NCBI GenBank assembly: GCA_049679965.1 | Contig: JBAUGX010000118.1 | Location: forward strand, 8,064-72,063 | Reading direction: 5' to 3' | Origin: Vicinamibacterales bacterium | Lineage (GTDB): Bacteria > Acidobacteriota > Vicinamibacteria > Vicinamibacterales > CAVVIG01 | DNA: 64,000 nucleotides | Shown: one piece after another, positions 29,048-38,470 of the stretch | How positions within the stretch are numbered: position 1 is the first letter of the stretch | Layout of the letters: each line of letters begins with the position of its first letter | The notes under the pieces: generated by a model | Told to the model about the DNA's origin: nothing | Database searches by the model: none | The model's input: only the letters and a program-made list of their open reading frames with translations | Made by a program: the position numbers and the translations under genes

Positions 29048-30034
29048 ATGGCAGCTAAATTGCTGTTCCTTCCTCGCGCGATGAGATTCTTCTGGGCGAC
29101 CGTGCTCGGAGCAGCCTCCCTCAGTCTCTGGCCAACCGCCGGGACCGGCCAGGAGGCACCGGTGGCAACATTCCGGTCGAGCGTGAACGTCGTGCAGATA
29201 TCAGCGGTCGTGCGGGACCGCGCGGGCCGGTTCGTCGAGAACCTGTCGTCTGGCGACTTCGAGATCCTCGATTCAGGTTTGCGGCGGACGATAACCGAAT
29301 TCAGACGCGATCCGGCGGGCGTGAGCGTGGCGCTGTTGTTCGACACGAGCGGGAGCATGGAAGCCCAGTTTGCCCGCGCGCGCGAGGGGGCGGTTGAGGT
29401 GCTGGGCCGGCTCCAATCGGGGCGAGATGAAGTCGGCATCTTCGCCTTCGATACTCGGCTGCGGGAAGTGGCGCCGTTTCGGACCGAGCTCGGAACGCTG
29501 CCCGACGCGTTGTCGTCGATCAAGCCCTTCGGCAAGACATCTCTGTATGACGCGATTGCGCAGACAGCCGAGCGCCTCGACGCGCGCGAGCAAACCCGTC
29601 GCCGCGCCGTCGTCGTCTTCACCGACGGCGACGACAATGCCAGCCGGCTGAGTGCCGGCGAGGCGCAGTCCACGGCCAGCACGATCGACGTGCCGGTCTA
29701 CGTCTTCGGGCTGGTGTGGTCGCATGACGTCCCGCCAGCCGAAGTTCCGGCTGCCCGCGGCGATGGTGAGACCACCCCGCCGGCATTCTCGGGCCGGCTG
29801 GGCGATCTAGCGACGGGGACTGGCGGGCGGGTGTTCATCACGAGCACTGCCATCCAGCGCCAGCTGGCGGCACAGTACTTCATCGACGAGGTGCGGCATC
29901 AGTATCTTATTGCGTTCGAGACGAGCGGCAGACCGGGCTGGCATCCGCTCGTGGTCCGCACACCCGGCAAGGACTTGGCGGTTCGTACCCGGACTGGTTA
30001 TTACGCTGGGCAATCTCGCCCGACAAGGGGTTAG
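29048..30034 (+). CDS. VWA-domain protein (acidobacterial VWFA-related type)
   Basis: Signal peptide, then FRSSVNVVQISAVVRDRAGRFV. MIDAS-like DTSGSM, then TSLYDAI and VVFTDGDDNAS. Confidence 0.8.
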   Translation: MAAKLLFLPRAMRFFWATVLGAASLSLWPTAGTGQEAPVATFRSSVNVVQISAVVRDRAGRFVENLSSGDFEILDSGLRRTITEFRRDPAGVSVALLFDTSGSMEAQFARAREGAVEVLGRLQSGRDEVGIFAFDTRLREVAPFRTELGTLPDALSSIKPFGKTSLYDAIAQTAERLDAREQTRRRAVVVFTDGDDNASRLSAGEAQSTASTIDVPVYVFGLVWSHDVPPAEVPAARGDGETTPPAFSGRLGDLATGTGGRVFITSTAIQRQLAAQYFIDEVRHQYLIAFETSGRPGWHPLVVRTPGKDLAVRTRTGYYAGQSRPTRG

Positions 30035-30045
30035 GAGGATCCATC

Positions 30046-30744
30046 ATGTGGCGGAAACTATTCGTGGCAGTTCCTCTCGTGGCGTTGGCGATCGGTTCGA
30101 CCGCCTGCGCGTCCAAGGGGTTTGTGAGGACGAGCGTCGGCGATCTCAATAAGGAGCTCAGCACCAAGGTCGACTCGCTCGGCCGATCGATTGAAGACAC
30201 CCAGGAGCGCACGAGGGCCAACGAAGGACGTATTACCGAAGTCGATCAGAAGGCCAGCGCGGCTACCCAATCAGCCCAGCAGGCCAATACGGCGGCGGCT
30301 GCGGCGAACTCGACGGCGGTGGCGGCGCGCTCGGCCGCGACCGATGTCAATACCAAGGTCGACGTTCTCGATAAGTCAACCCGTCGCCTGGTGTACGAAG
30401 TGGTGCTGAACTCGGAGAACGGCAACTTCAAGTTCGGTCAGGCGAATCTGCCCGACGAGGTCAAGCAGAAGCTCGACGGAATCGTGCAGCAGCTCAAACA
30501 GGATCAGAAAAACGTGTTCATTGAGATCGAAGGACACACCGACAACGTGGGTCCCAAGGTCGTCAACGAAAAGGTTGGCCTGGAGCGCGCCGAGGCGGCG
30601 AAGCGGTATCTGTACGAACAGTTCCAGATCCCGCTGCACAAGATGAGCGTCATCAGCTTCGCGGACGCGAAGCCCGTGGCGCCGAACACGACGAAGGAAG
30701 GCCGCGCGCAGAATCGGCGAGTCGTGATCAAAGTACTCGCGTAG
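30046..30744 (+). CDS. OmpA-family lipoprotein (coiled-coil N-terminus, peptidoglycan-binding C-terminus)
   Basis: Lipobox LAIGSTAC, an Ala/Gln-rich coiled coil, and the OmpA_C motifs IEGHTDNVGP ... NEKVGLERAEAAKRYL ... NRRVVIKV. Confidence 0.9.
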   Translation: MWRKLFVAVPLVALAIGSTACASKGFVRTSVGDLNKELSTKVDSLGRSIEDTQERTRANEGRITEVDQKASAATQSAQQANTAAAAANSTAVAARSAATDVNTKVDVLDKSTRRLVYEVVLNSENGNFKFGQANLPDEVKQKLDGIVQQLKQDQKNVFIEIEGHTDNVGPKVVNEKVGLERAEAAKRYLYEQFQIPLHKMSVISFADAKPVAPNTTKEGRAQNRRVVIKVLA

Positions 30745-30750
30745 AAAGTT

Positions 30751-30785
30751 AGAACTAAGAACTAAGAACTAAGAACTAAGAACGA
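30751..30785. repeat. 7-bp tandem array AGAACTA x4 plus a degenerate fifth unit (AGAACGA)
   Basis: Read directly from the sequence, 6 nt after the OmpA-family stop codon. An inverted partial copy (CTTAGTTCTT) follows the terminator at about 30856-30866. Confidence 0.95.
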
Positions 30786-30798
30786 CTGGGAAGGCAAG

Positions 30799-30850
30799 AG
30801 GGCGAAGGACGCATTGTCCTTTCGCCCTTTCCTTTTTCCTTTTACATTTT
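30799..30850 (+). terminator. Rho-independent terminator
   Basis: Stem GGGCGAAGGAC, loop GCATT, stem GTCCTTTCGCCC (one bulge), followed by the T-rich run TTTCCTTTTTCCTTTTACATTTT. Confidence 0.75.
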
Positions 30851-30889
30851 GCCTTCTTAGTTCTTCCTTCCCCTGCTAGTCTCTTCGGT

Positions 30890-31273
30890 ATGGCGATCCG
30901 TACCGAGCTCAATCTGCGGCTTCCGAACAATCCCGGCGCGCTCGCTGGCGTCTGCCGCCTGCTGTCCGACGAGCGCGTGGGAATCCTGGCCATGTCGGTT
31001 GACCCTGCCGGCCACCTGCGTCTCGTCGTCGACAATCACGTCCACGGCGCAGCGACGCTGCGCGAACGGCATCATCAGGTTACTGTGCGCGACGTCATCG
31101 TGATGACGCTCTCCAACACCCCCGGCTCGCTCGCGCCCGCCCTGCGGCTGGTCGGCGACGCCAACGTCAACGTCGAATATGCGTACGGCGGCGCGGCCGA
31201 AGGCAGCCCCATGGCGACGGTCGTGCTCGGCGTTGACGACGCACAACGGGCCGCGGCGGCGGCGGGCGTGTGA
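30890..31273 (+). CDS. ACT-domain protein (two ACT repeats)
   Basis: The pattern LRLPNNPGALAGVCRLL is repeated as MTLSNTPGSLAPALRLV, typical of small amino-acid-binding ACT proteins. Confidence 0.7.
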   Translation: MAIRTELNLRLPNNPGALAGVCRLLSDERVGILAMSVDPAGHLRLVVDNHVHGAATLRERHHQVTVRDVIVMTLSNTPGSLAPALRLVGDANVNVEYAYGGAAEGSPMATVVLGVDDAQRAAAAAGV

Positions 31274-31302
31274 TTTCGCAATCTGCAATCTGAAATCTGC
31301 AA
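31274..31302. repeat. 7-bp tandem array ATCTGCA ATCTGAA ATCTGCA with a partial leading unit
   Basis: Read directly from the sequence, immediately after the ACT-gene stop codon. Confidence 0.85.
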
Positions 31303-31306
31303 GGTA

Positions 31307-31492
31307 ATGCGTCTCTATGTGGAGCCCATGGATGCCGTCGTGGTCGAAGTCGGCGCGGACGGCCGCGTCCGGCTCGAACACGAGGACTGGTCGCATCCGA
31401 CGCTCCAGGAGCGCCGCGCGATTCTCTATGCCGCCAAGAATGAGGTCGAGGCGCTGACCGAACTCATCGAGATACTGCAAAAGGATCGATAA
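31307..31492 (+). CDS. small hypothetical protein (61 aa) upstream of crcB
   Basis: Intact ORF ending 1 nt before crcB with acceptable GC3. No family recognised. Confidence 0.4.
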   Translation: MRLYVEPMDAVVVEVGADGRVRLEHEDWSHPTLQERRAILYAAKNEVEALTELIEILQKDR

Positions 31493-31493
31493 C

Positions 31494-31862
31494 ATGGCAT
31501 GGATCGCCGTCGCGATCGGCGGGGCCCTCGGATCGGCCGCGCGTCACTTCGTCAACCTCGAGGTCGCACGCGGGACGGGGAACGCGATCCCGTGGGCGAC
31601 CCTTGTCGTCAACGTCGTCGGGTGCATCGTTATCGGGGCGCTCGCCGGCCGGACCGCGGGCGGACATCTTCATCTGGCGCCGATCATGCGGACGTTTCTC
31701 CTTGTCGGCGTCTTGGGCGGATTTACGACGTTCTCCACCTTTGAGCTGGATACCTTCACACTCGGGCATGGCGGAAACCATGTCGCCGCCTTCTGGAACA
31801 TCGTCGGACAGGTCGGCCTCGGGCTCGGCGGCGTCTGGCTCGGCTACTACCTGGCCCTGTAA
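31494..31862 (+). CDS. crcB: fluoride efflux channel CrcB
   Basis: Four TM segments, plus GGALGSAARH, WATLVVNVVGC and GVLGGFTTFSTF. Confidence 0.9.
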   Translation: MAWIAVAIGGALGSAARHFVNLEVARGTGNAIPWATLVVNVVGCIVIGALAGRTAGGHLHLAPIMRTFLLVGVLGGFTTFSTFELDTFTLGHGGNHVAAFWNIVGQVGLGLGGVWLGYYLAL

Positions 31863-31880
31863 GTCCTTTCCATCGAAGGG

Positions 31881-31957
31881 CAACCACGATGCCACCAAGA
31901 GCACGAGGATCATTACTGGTTTCGTGTATCTTCGTGGTCGTCGTGTCTTCGTGGTTG
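31881..31957. repeat. long imperfect inverted repeat (about 30-bp arms, 23/30 pairing by eye, 17-nt loop)
   Basis: CAACCACGATGCCACCAAGAGCACGAGGAT pairs with ATCTTCGTGGTCGTCGTGTCTTCGTGGTTG, between crcB and the SDR gene. Confidence 0.7.
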
Positions 31958-31969
31958 GCGGGTTCCTGA

Positions 31970-32710
31970 ATGGATCTTCAAGACAAAGTCGCGCTGATCA
32001 CTGGCGCCAAGCGCATCGGGATGGTCGTGGCCGCTGAGCTGGCCGCGCGCGGTGTGGACGTGGCGCTCGGCTACGCGCGGTCGCGGGCCGAAGCCGAACA
32101 GGGCGCTGCGAAGGTCCGGGGGGCGGGCCGGCGGGCGGCCGTCATTCAAGCCGATCTCTCGCGACCTGAGGGATGCGATGGCCTCGTTTCCGCCGCAGTC
32201 CAGGCGCTCGGGCGGCTCGACATCCTGATCAACATGGCGTCGGTCTTCGCCGAACGGCCGTTTGACGCGCTGACGGTCGCCGACTGGGACGCCACCATGC
32301 ATGTCGATCTGCGCGCGGCCTTTCTCTGCGCGCGGAGTGCCGTGCCGCATATGCGCAAGCAGGGCGGCGGCCGGATCATCAACTTCAGCGATTGGACGGC
32401 AAAGAGCGGCCGCCCGCGTTATCGCGGGTACCTTCCGTACTATGTCGCCAAGAGCGGCGTGATCGCCTTGACCGAAGTACTGGCCCTCGAGCTCGCGTCA
32501 GACGGGATTCTCGTCAACGCCATCGCCCCCGGGCCGATCCTGGCCCCGCCAGGCACGACCGATGACGAGTCTCTGGCGGTGGAGCAGGCAACCCCGCTCG
32601 GCCGTTGGGGAGGCGAGGTCGAGATCGCGAAAGCCGTCCTGGCGCTCCTCGACGGCGATTTCATCACGGGCGAGACGCTGCGCGTCGATGGCGGCCGTCA
32701 CCTGAAGTAG
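31970..32710 (+). CDS. short-chain dehydrogenase/reductase (SDR)
   Basis: ALITGAKRIGMVVA (TGxxxGxG-like), NMAS, and catalytic YYVAK. Confidence 0.85.
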   Translation: MDLQDKVALITGAKRIGMVVAAELAARGVDVALGYARSRAEAEQGAAKVRGAGRRAAVIQADLSRPEGCDGLVSAAVQALGRLDILINMASVFAERPFDALTVADWDATMHVDLRAAFLCARSAVPHMRKQGGGRIINFSDWTAKSGRPRYRGYLPYYVAKSGVIALTEVLALELASDGILVNAIAPGPILAPPGTTDDESLAVEQATPLGRWGGEVEIAKAVLALLDGDFITGETLRVDGGRHLK

Positions 32711-32731
32711 TGAAGGAGTAAGTCTTGTACA

Positions 32732-34108
32732 ATGCGAAATTCGATGGCCTCCCTGACGTTCCTCGGCGCCGCCGGCACCGTCACGGGTTCGAAGCATCTG
32801 CTCGATCTCGGCGACCGCCGGATTCTCGTCGACTGCGGGATGTTTCAGGGTCTCAAGGAACTGCGGCTTCGCAACTGGACTCCGTTTCCGATCGATCCGG
32901 CGCGCGTTGATGCGGTCATTCTCACGCACGCGCACCTGGATCACTGCGGTCAGTTGCCTCGTCTGGTCGCGCAAGGCTATCGCGGGCGCATCTTCTGCAC
33001 GCCGGGCACGCGCGATCTGTGCACCCTCGTACTCCCGGACTCAGCGCGACTTCAGGAAGAGGACGCTCGACAGGCCAACAAGCATGGCTACTCGAAGCAC
33101 CATCCGGCCGAGCCTCTCTACACGTCGGTCGATGCCGCGCGTGCGTTGAGCCTGCTGCAGCCGGTTGGCTACAACCGGCCCGTTCCCGTCGTGCCAGGCG
33201 TCGAAGTCGAATTTATCAACGCCGGTCATCTGCTCGGGTCGGCGTACGCGCGCGTGACGGTCGGTCAGCGGACGCTGCTCTTTGGCGGCGACCTCGGACG
33301 CTACGGCCGGCCCGTGCTGCCCGATCCGGCGCCGGTCGATGCCGCAGATGTGCTGCTCGTCGAGTCCACCTACGGCGATCGCCTCCACGAGCCGGACGAT
33401 GACGGCACACGCCTGGCGAAGATCGTGAGCGAGACCATCGCGGGCGGTGGGAAGGTCATCATTCCGTCATTCGCCATCGGCCGCGTCGAGGAAGTTCTCT
33501 ACTGGCTGAAGCGGCTCGAAGAAGAACGTCGCATTCCTGTCGTCCCGGTGTACATCGACAGTCCGATGGCCGCCGGCGCTCTGCAGTTCTACCTGGGCCG
33601 GCTGAATGAGCTCGATCCGGCCGACCTGCGCGCCTTCTGCACCCGCCACCTGGTGAAGGTCGCCTCGGTGGAGGAGTCCAAAGGCCTCACGGCCTCCAAG
33701 ACCCCGTCAATCGTGATCGCCGCGAGCGGAATGGCTACCGGAGGCCGCGTGCTCCATCATCTGGAGGCGGCCCTGCCCGATCCGCGCAACACCGTGCTGT
33801 TTGTCGGCTATCAGGCGGCTGGCACCCGCGGTCGCCACCTGTGCGATGGAGCCAAACAGGTGAAGATGCACGGCCGGATGGTGCCGGTGGCGGCACGCGT
33901 CGAGCGGCTCGACTCGATGTCGGCGCACGCCGATGCGGGCGAGATCATGCGCTGGCTGTCGGGTTTTTCCCGGGCTCCCGCCACGACCTACCTCGTCCAC
34001 GGCGAGCCGCCGGGGCTCGAGGGGCTCGCCGCACGCATTCAGTCCGACAAGGGCTGGCCCGTGCACATCGCCAAACATCTTGAAAAAGTGGAACTGGACC
34101 TGGGATAA
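32732..34108 (+). CDS. MBL-fold beta-CASP hydrolase (RNA-metabolising metallo-beta-lactamase type)
   Basis: LTFLGAAGTVTGSK, ILVDCGMFQG, LTHAHLDHCG and ESTYGDR, with a C-terminal beta-CASP His motif region (MSAHAD). Confidence 0.85.
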   Translation: MRNSMASLTFLGAAGTVTGSKHLLDLGDRRILVDCGMFQGLKELRLRNWTPFPIDPARVDAVILTHAHLDHCGQLPRLVAQGYRGRIFCTPGTRDLCTLVLPDSARLQEEDARQANKHGYSKHHPAEPLYTSVDAARALSLLQPVGYNRPVPVVPGVEVEFINAGHLLGSAYARVTVGQRTLLFGGDLGRYGRPVLPDPAPVDAADVLLVESTYGDRLHEPDDDGTRLAKIVSETIAGGGKVIIPSFAIGRVEEVLYWLKRLEEERRIPVVPVYIDSPMAAGALQFYLGRLNELDPADLRAFCTRHLVKVASVEESKGLTASKTPSIVIAASGMATGGRVLHHLEAALPDPRNTVLFVGYQAAGTRGRHLCDGAKQVKMHGRMVPVAARVERLDSMSAHADAGEIMRWLSGFSRAPATTYLVHGEPPGLEGLAARIQSDKGWPVHIAKHLEKVELDLG

Positions 34109-34116
34109 GGCTGCGG

Positions 34117-34152
34117 TAGAGTACGTGGCGTCCGGCTTCAGCCGGACCGTGA
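34117..34152. repeat. REP-like hairpin element (single-hairpin copy)
   Basis: GTACGTGGCGTCCGGCTTCAGCCGGACCGTGATC has an 8-bp perfect stem (GTCCGGCT / AGCCGGAC). It is near-identical to the first half of the element inside copA at 49979-50034. Confidence 0.8.
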
Positions 34153-34157
34153 TCTGT

Positions 34158-36191
34158 ATGATGAAAAGGCTTGCCACCGTCATGACCATTGTCGGAACCG
34201 TTGCCTGCGGAAGCGGCGACACCGCGAAGACGACGACCCCAGCGCCCTCGGCGGCACCAGCGGCGGAGCGTACGTATCTGCTCGAGCGCGTCGACGAAGC
34301 CGCGGTGGTGCAGCTCTACGCGGACGGATTCAGCGCCCTGCCACTCAGGGACAAGACGCTCGTGTGGCACCTCTACCAGGCGGCGCTTGCCGGCCGCGAC
34401 ATCTATTACGACCAGAAGTACGGGCCGAGCCTCGAGATGCGCGACGTACTTGAGGCGATCATTGCGCACCCGCAGGGGATCGAGAAGGCGACGCTCGACG
34501 AGATCACGCGCTACACCAAGCTCTTCTGGATTAACACCGGCCCCCACAACAATCTCACCGCGAGAAAGTTCGTGCTCCAGTGCACTCCCGAGGCGTTTGC
34601 CGCCGCGGCGCATGCCGCCGATCGGGCAGGCGCGACCCTTGCGCTCAGGAACGGCGAAACGCTCGACCGGCTGCTGGCGCGCCTCCAGCCGGCGTTCTTC
34701 GATCCGGACGTCGATTCAATCGTCACGAACAAGACGCCGCCGGCCGGCAAGGACATCCTGACGGCGAGCTCCAACAACCTGTACGTGGGCCTGTCGATGA
34801 AGGACCTCGACGGGTTCCGTGAGAAGAGCCCCCTCAACTCGCGATTGGTGAAGAGAAACGGCGCGATTGTCGAGGAGGTGTACCGGGTCGGTGGCCGGTA
34901 CGGCTCGCAGATCTCGGCCATCATCACGCATCTCCAGGACGCCATCCCGTACGCCACCGAGCCGATGGCGGCCGCGCTTCGCGCGCTCATCACGTTCTAC
35001 CAGTCGGGCGACACGAAGGATCGCGAGGCGTACGACATCGCATGGGTCAGAGACAAAGCCTCGCCCGTGGACACCATCAACGGCTTTGTCGAGGTCTATC
35101 TCGACGCCCGCGGCATCAAGGGCGCCTGGGAAGGGCTCGTCTTTTATGTGAACCCGGAGAAGACGTCCAACATCCAGAAGCTGGCCGCCAACGCACAGTG
35201 GTTCGAAGACCGGATGCCCTGGGACCAGAAGTACAAGAAAGAGGGCGTGCAGGGCATCACGGCCAATGCCATCGACGTGGTGATCGAGACGGGCGATTCG
35301 GGTCCGGTGACGCCGGTGGGCATCAACCTCCCGAACGATCAGATGGTCCGCGAGCGCTTCGGCAGCAAGTCCGTGCTGCTGTCCAACGTGAGCGAAGCCT
35401 ACGACAAGTCCACGCTCCCGGAGTTCCGCACCGAATTCGCGTGGACACCCGACGAAGTGGCGCGCACGTCGACATGGGGTGCGTCTGCCGGCGAGCTGAC
35501 GACCAACATGCACGAGGTGATCGGACACGCCTCCGGCAAAATCGCCGAGCGGCTCAACGGCAACCCGCAGGCCGTGCTGAAAGAGCAGTTCTCGGCGCTC
35601 GAGGAGGCGCGCGCGGATCTTGTCGCGCTCTACTTCCTCCCCGATGCGAAGCTTGTCGAGCTCGGTATTCTGGCGAGGGAGGATCAGGACGAGATCGTGC
35701 GGACGGAGTACGAGGCCTACGCGCGCAACGCCCTCGTCCAGCTGCGGCGTATCCGCCAGGGAACGCAGATCGAAGAAGATCACATGCGGAACCGACAGAT
35801 GATCGTGCGCTGGCTGATGGCGAACACCAAGGCCATCGACGTGCCGACCCGAGACGGGAAGACGTACTACGTCATGACCGACGTCAAGGCGTTTCACGAG
35901 GGCGTCGGGCGTCTGCTCGCCGAGGTCCAGCGCATCAAGGGCGAGGGCGACTACGCGGCGGCGAAACAGTTGTTTGAAACCTACGGGGTTCACTTCGATG
36001 CCAGGCTGCGGGACGAAGTCGTGGCGCGGGTCGAGAGACTGCACCTGCCGTCGTACACCGGCTTCGTCATGCCGAAGCTCGAACCGGTCACGAACGCCTC
36101 GGGCGAGATCACCGACGTGAAGGTGTCGTATCCGCTGGATTTCACCAAGCAGATGCTGGAGTACTCGGCCGCGACCCGCGCCTTCCGGTAA
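34158..36191 (+). CDS. M49-family dipeptidyl-peptidase III-like lipoprotein
   Basis: From the ATG at 34158 there is a lipobox (MMKRLATVMTIVGTVAC). Zinc motifs HEVIGH and EEARAD are present. The upstream part of the 752-aa track ORF overlaps the MBL gene and the REP element. Confidence 0.8.
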   Translation: MMKRLATVMTIVGTVACGSGDTAKTTTPAPSAAPAAERTYLLERVDEAAVVQLYADGFSALPLRDKTLVWHLYQAALAGRDIYYDQKYGPSLEMRDVLEAIIAHPQGIEKATLDEITRYTKLFWINTGPHNNLTARKFVLQCTPEAFAAAAHAADRAGATLALRNGETLDRLLARLQPAFFDPDVDSIVTNKTPPAGKDILTASSNNLYVGLSMKDLDGFREKSPLNSRLVKRNGAIVEEVYRVGGRYGSQISAIITHLQDAIPYATEPMAAALRALITFYQSGDTKDREAYDIAWVRDKASPVDTINGFVEVYLDARGIKGAWEGLVFYVNPEKTSNIQKLAANAQWFEDRMPWDQKYKKEGVQGITANAIDVVIETGDSGPVTPVGINLPNDQMVRERFGSKSVLLSNVSEAYDKSTLPEFRTEFAWTPDEVARTSTWGASAGELTTNMHEVIGHASGKIAERLNGNPQAVLKEQFSALEEARADLVALYFLPDAKLVELGILAREDQDEIVRTEYEAYARNALVQLRRIRQGTQIEEDHMRNRQMIVRWLMANTKAIDVPTRDGKTYYVMTDVKAFHEGVGRLLAEVQRIKGEGDYAAAKQLFETYGVHFDARLRDEVVARVERLHLPSYTGFVMPKLEPVTNASGEITDVKVSYPLDFTKQMLEYSAATRAFR

Positions 36192-36217
36192 CGACCAACG
36201 ACTAACGTCTGACGACC
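36190..36217. repeat. 7-bp tandem array AACGACC AACGACT AACGTCT GACGACC
   Basis: Read directly from the sequence. It spans the convergent junction of the peptidase gene and the methyltransferase gene, covering the last codons of the latter. Confidence 0.8.
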
Positions 36218-37191
36218 AAGAGCGTCCTGATCAATCCGTCCAGCACTGCTGTCGGCGACTGGGGTGCCCGGATGTTCCGCTGCTCCTCGATCCGCGCGCG
36301 GAGCTTCTGGAACGGTCGGACGTACGGATAAAGGCTGAAGAGGTGAGACATCGTCGTGTGGCGGCGGAGAGTCGACGCCACCCGTTCGTAGTTCCCCGGT
36401 ATCTCACCCGAGGCGGGAGGGGTCGCGGCGGTCTTCTGAAAAACGACTCTGATGATCCCGCCGTCCGAGGAAGTGAAATCGCTGACGGGCGTGTAGCCCG
36501 CACGCCTGCCCAACATCTGGAGCACCGCCAGATTGAAATGGTACAAATGACCGCGATGGAACTGCGAGTGCGGTTGGTTGTAGACCGCCTCGACGTTGGG
36601 CACCTCGACGAGCAGCAGGCCCTGTGGCACGAGCCACTCATGGGCGCGCCGCATCAGGTCGAGCGGGCTCTCCAGGTGCTCGAGCGCATGGAAGATCGTC
36701 ACGAGATTTTGTGACGCCGGCTCGACGGCGGCATCCTGCCAGAAGCCCTGGGCGACGGAGACGCCGAGCCGCTCGGCGGCGTAGCGCGCGTACCCCTCAT
36801 TGGGCTCGACGCCAGAGGCCGCATAGCCCATCGCCCGCAGGACGTACACTACCTCGCCTCCGCCCGCGCCCACATCAAAGACCCGGAAGCCAGGCTGGAG
36901 GAGGGGTCGAAGATCCAGAAAGCGATAGACGGCGACTCTGCCCGCTCGGAAAATGTGCCGAGGCTTGGGCTGGTAGGTCCGCTTGTAGTCGAGGCGATAG
37001 TCGCGCGCGTAGAACGTCCGCATCTGGTCGGGCGTCGGGCGCGGATCGGTCCAGACCAGCCCGCAGCGGCGGCAGATGACCGAGCGCAGGAAGCGGCCTT
37101 GGCGATCCTTGGAACGGATCGGCTCTGCGTCAGACGATCCGCACAGGTTACAGGGAATGGAACATGATGCAGAATGGGCCGGAGCATGCAT
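36202..37191 (-). CDS. class I SAM-dependent methyltransferase with an N-terminal Cys4 zinc-ribbon
   Basis: CNLCGS ... CRRCG, SAM motif I VFDVGAGGG, and IFHALEHLESP. Confidence 0.85.
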   Translation of the reverse strand: MHAPAHSASCSIPCNLCGSSDAEPIRSKDRQGRFLRSVICRRCGLVWTDPRPTPDQMRTFYARDYRLDYKRTYQPKPRHIFRAGRVAVYRFLDLRPLLQPGFRVFDVGAGGGEVVYVLRAMGYAASGVEPNEGYARYAAERLGVSVAQGFWQDAAVEPASQNLVTIFHALEHLESPLDLMRRAHEWLVPQGLLLVEVPNVEAVYNQPHSQFHRGHLYHFNLAVLQMLGRRAGYTPVSDFTSSDGGIIRVVFQKTAATPPASGEIPGNYERVASTLRRHTTMSHLFSLYPYVRPFQKLRARIEEQRNIRAPQSPTAVLDGLIRTLLVVRR

Positions 37192-37264
37192 GTCGCGAGG
37201 AAAGTGTAGTACCTGCGACCCCCCGGGCCAAGGATGAATTGGCCAGGTCGGCTAGGATCGTCCG

Positions 37265-38470
37265 GTGTTCTCCTCGCGAACGCCCTCGAACCTGACGGCC
37301 AACCGCCTCACCGAGGCGCTCAGAGCGATGAGGGCCGGCCCCTCCACTGCGCTTGCGGCTGGGGGGCGGCCCTTCATCGATCTCACGGAATCGAATCCCA
37401 CGCGCGCGGGATTCGACTACCCGTCCGACCTGCTTGCTCCCCTTGGCCACTCGCGCGGCCTCACCTACGCGCCGAGCCCGCTCGGCGCGCTCGAGGCGCG
37501 CCGAGCCGTCGCCAGTGACTACGCCCGACGCGGGCTCGACGTCGCGCCGGAGCGCATCGTGCTGACGACGAGCACGAGCGAGGCGTACGGGTTGCTGTTC
37601 AAGCTGCTGGTTGATCCCGGAGACGAGGTGCTCGTCCCGCGCCCGAGCTATCCGCTCTTCGATCATCTCGCGCGGCTCGACGCCGCCACGCCTCGCCCCT
37701 ATGACCTCGAGTATCACGGGGTCTGGGCGATCGACTTCGCCTCCGTCGAACGCGCCATCACCGACCGCACGCGCGCCATTCTTGTCGTCTCTCCCAACAA
37801 TCCGACAGGAACGTTCGTCAAGCCCGACGAACTGGATCGGCTGGCCGTTCTCTGCGAGCATCACGAGGTGTCGCTCATCGCCGACGAGGTCTTCGCTGAC
37901 TACGGGCTGGAGCCGATCGGGGCCCAGGCGGCCGGCCGTCCGGTCGAGCGGCGCGATATCCTCGCGTTCTCCCTCGGCGGCCTGTCGAAATCGGTCGGCC
38001 TTCCGCAGGTAAAGCTGGGATGGATCGCGACCGCGGGTCCCGATCGGCTCGTCGGACAGGCACTCGACCGGCTCGAACTGATCTGTGACACCTACCTGCC
38101 CGTCTCGACGCCGGTCCAGCTTGCCGCTTCCGAGCTGCTGGAGCGCGGTGCGTTGGTGCGAGACCAGATCGCGCGGCGAGTGGTCGCGAACAACCGCCAG
38201 CTGCGAGAGCTGGTTGCGTCGGTGCCGGCATGCCACGTGCTTGCGAGCGATGCTGGATGGTACGCTGTGTTGCAGGTGCCCTCGCTGCGATCGGAAGAAG
38301 ACCTGGCCCTCAGCCTTCTTCACACTTGTGCCGTCCTGGTGCACCCTGGATACTTCTTTGACTTCCCGCGCGAGTCGTTTCTCGTCGTCAGTCTGCTCGT
38401 GGAAGAGGAGCGGTTTGCCGACGGCGTGGGCCGCGTGTTGCGGCACGTCGATGGCTCGGCTGCGCACTGA
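37265..38470 (+). CDS. class I/II PLP-dependent aminotransferase
   Basis: YAPSPLG, VVSPNNPTG, and LGGLSKSVGLPQVKLGW (PLP Lys). GTG start. Confidence 0.85.
   Translation: MFSSRTPSNLTANRLTEALRAMRAGPSTALAAGGRPFIDLTESNPTRAGFDYPSDLLAPLGHSRGLTYAPSPLGALEARRAVASDYARRGLDVAPERIVLTTSTSEAYGLLFKLLVDPGDEVLVPRPSYPLFDHLARLDAATPRPYDLEYHGVWAIDFASVERAITDRTRAILVVSPNNPTGTFVKPDELDRLAVLCEHHEVSLIADEVFADYGLEPIGAQAAGRPVERRDILAFSLGGLSKSVGLPQVKLGWIATAGPDRLVGQALDRLELICDTYLPVSTPVQLAASELLERGALVRDQIARRVVANNRQLRELVASVPACHVLASDAGWYAVLQVPSLRSEEDLALSLLHTCAVLVHPGYFFDFPRESFLVVSLLVEEERFADGVGRVLRHVDGSAAH

Noticed and set aside
29049-29063. TGGCAG-N5-TTGC, a near-consensus sigma54 motif
   Set aside because: It overlaps the ATG and the first codons of the VWA gene (ATGGCAGCTAAATTGCTG). 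If it were a promoter, the only downstream start (Met12 at 29081) would leave a leader of about 6 nt without an RBS. It is most likely a chance match within coding sequence.
31274-31493. Possible fluoride riboswitch upstream of crcB
   Set aside because: I could not find the conserved crcB-motif segments (GGxGAUGG...CCxCC, AACCGCC, CUGAUGAU.CCUAC). The region contains a heptamer array and a small ORF instead.
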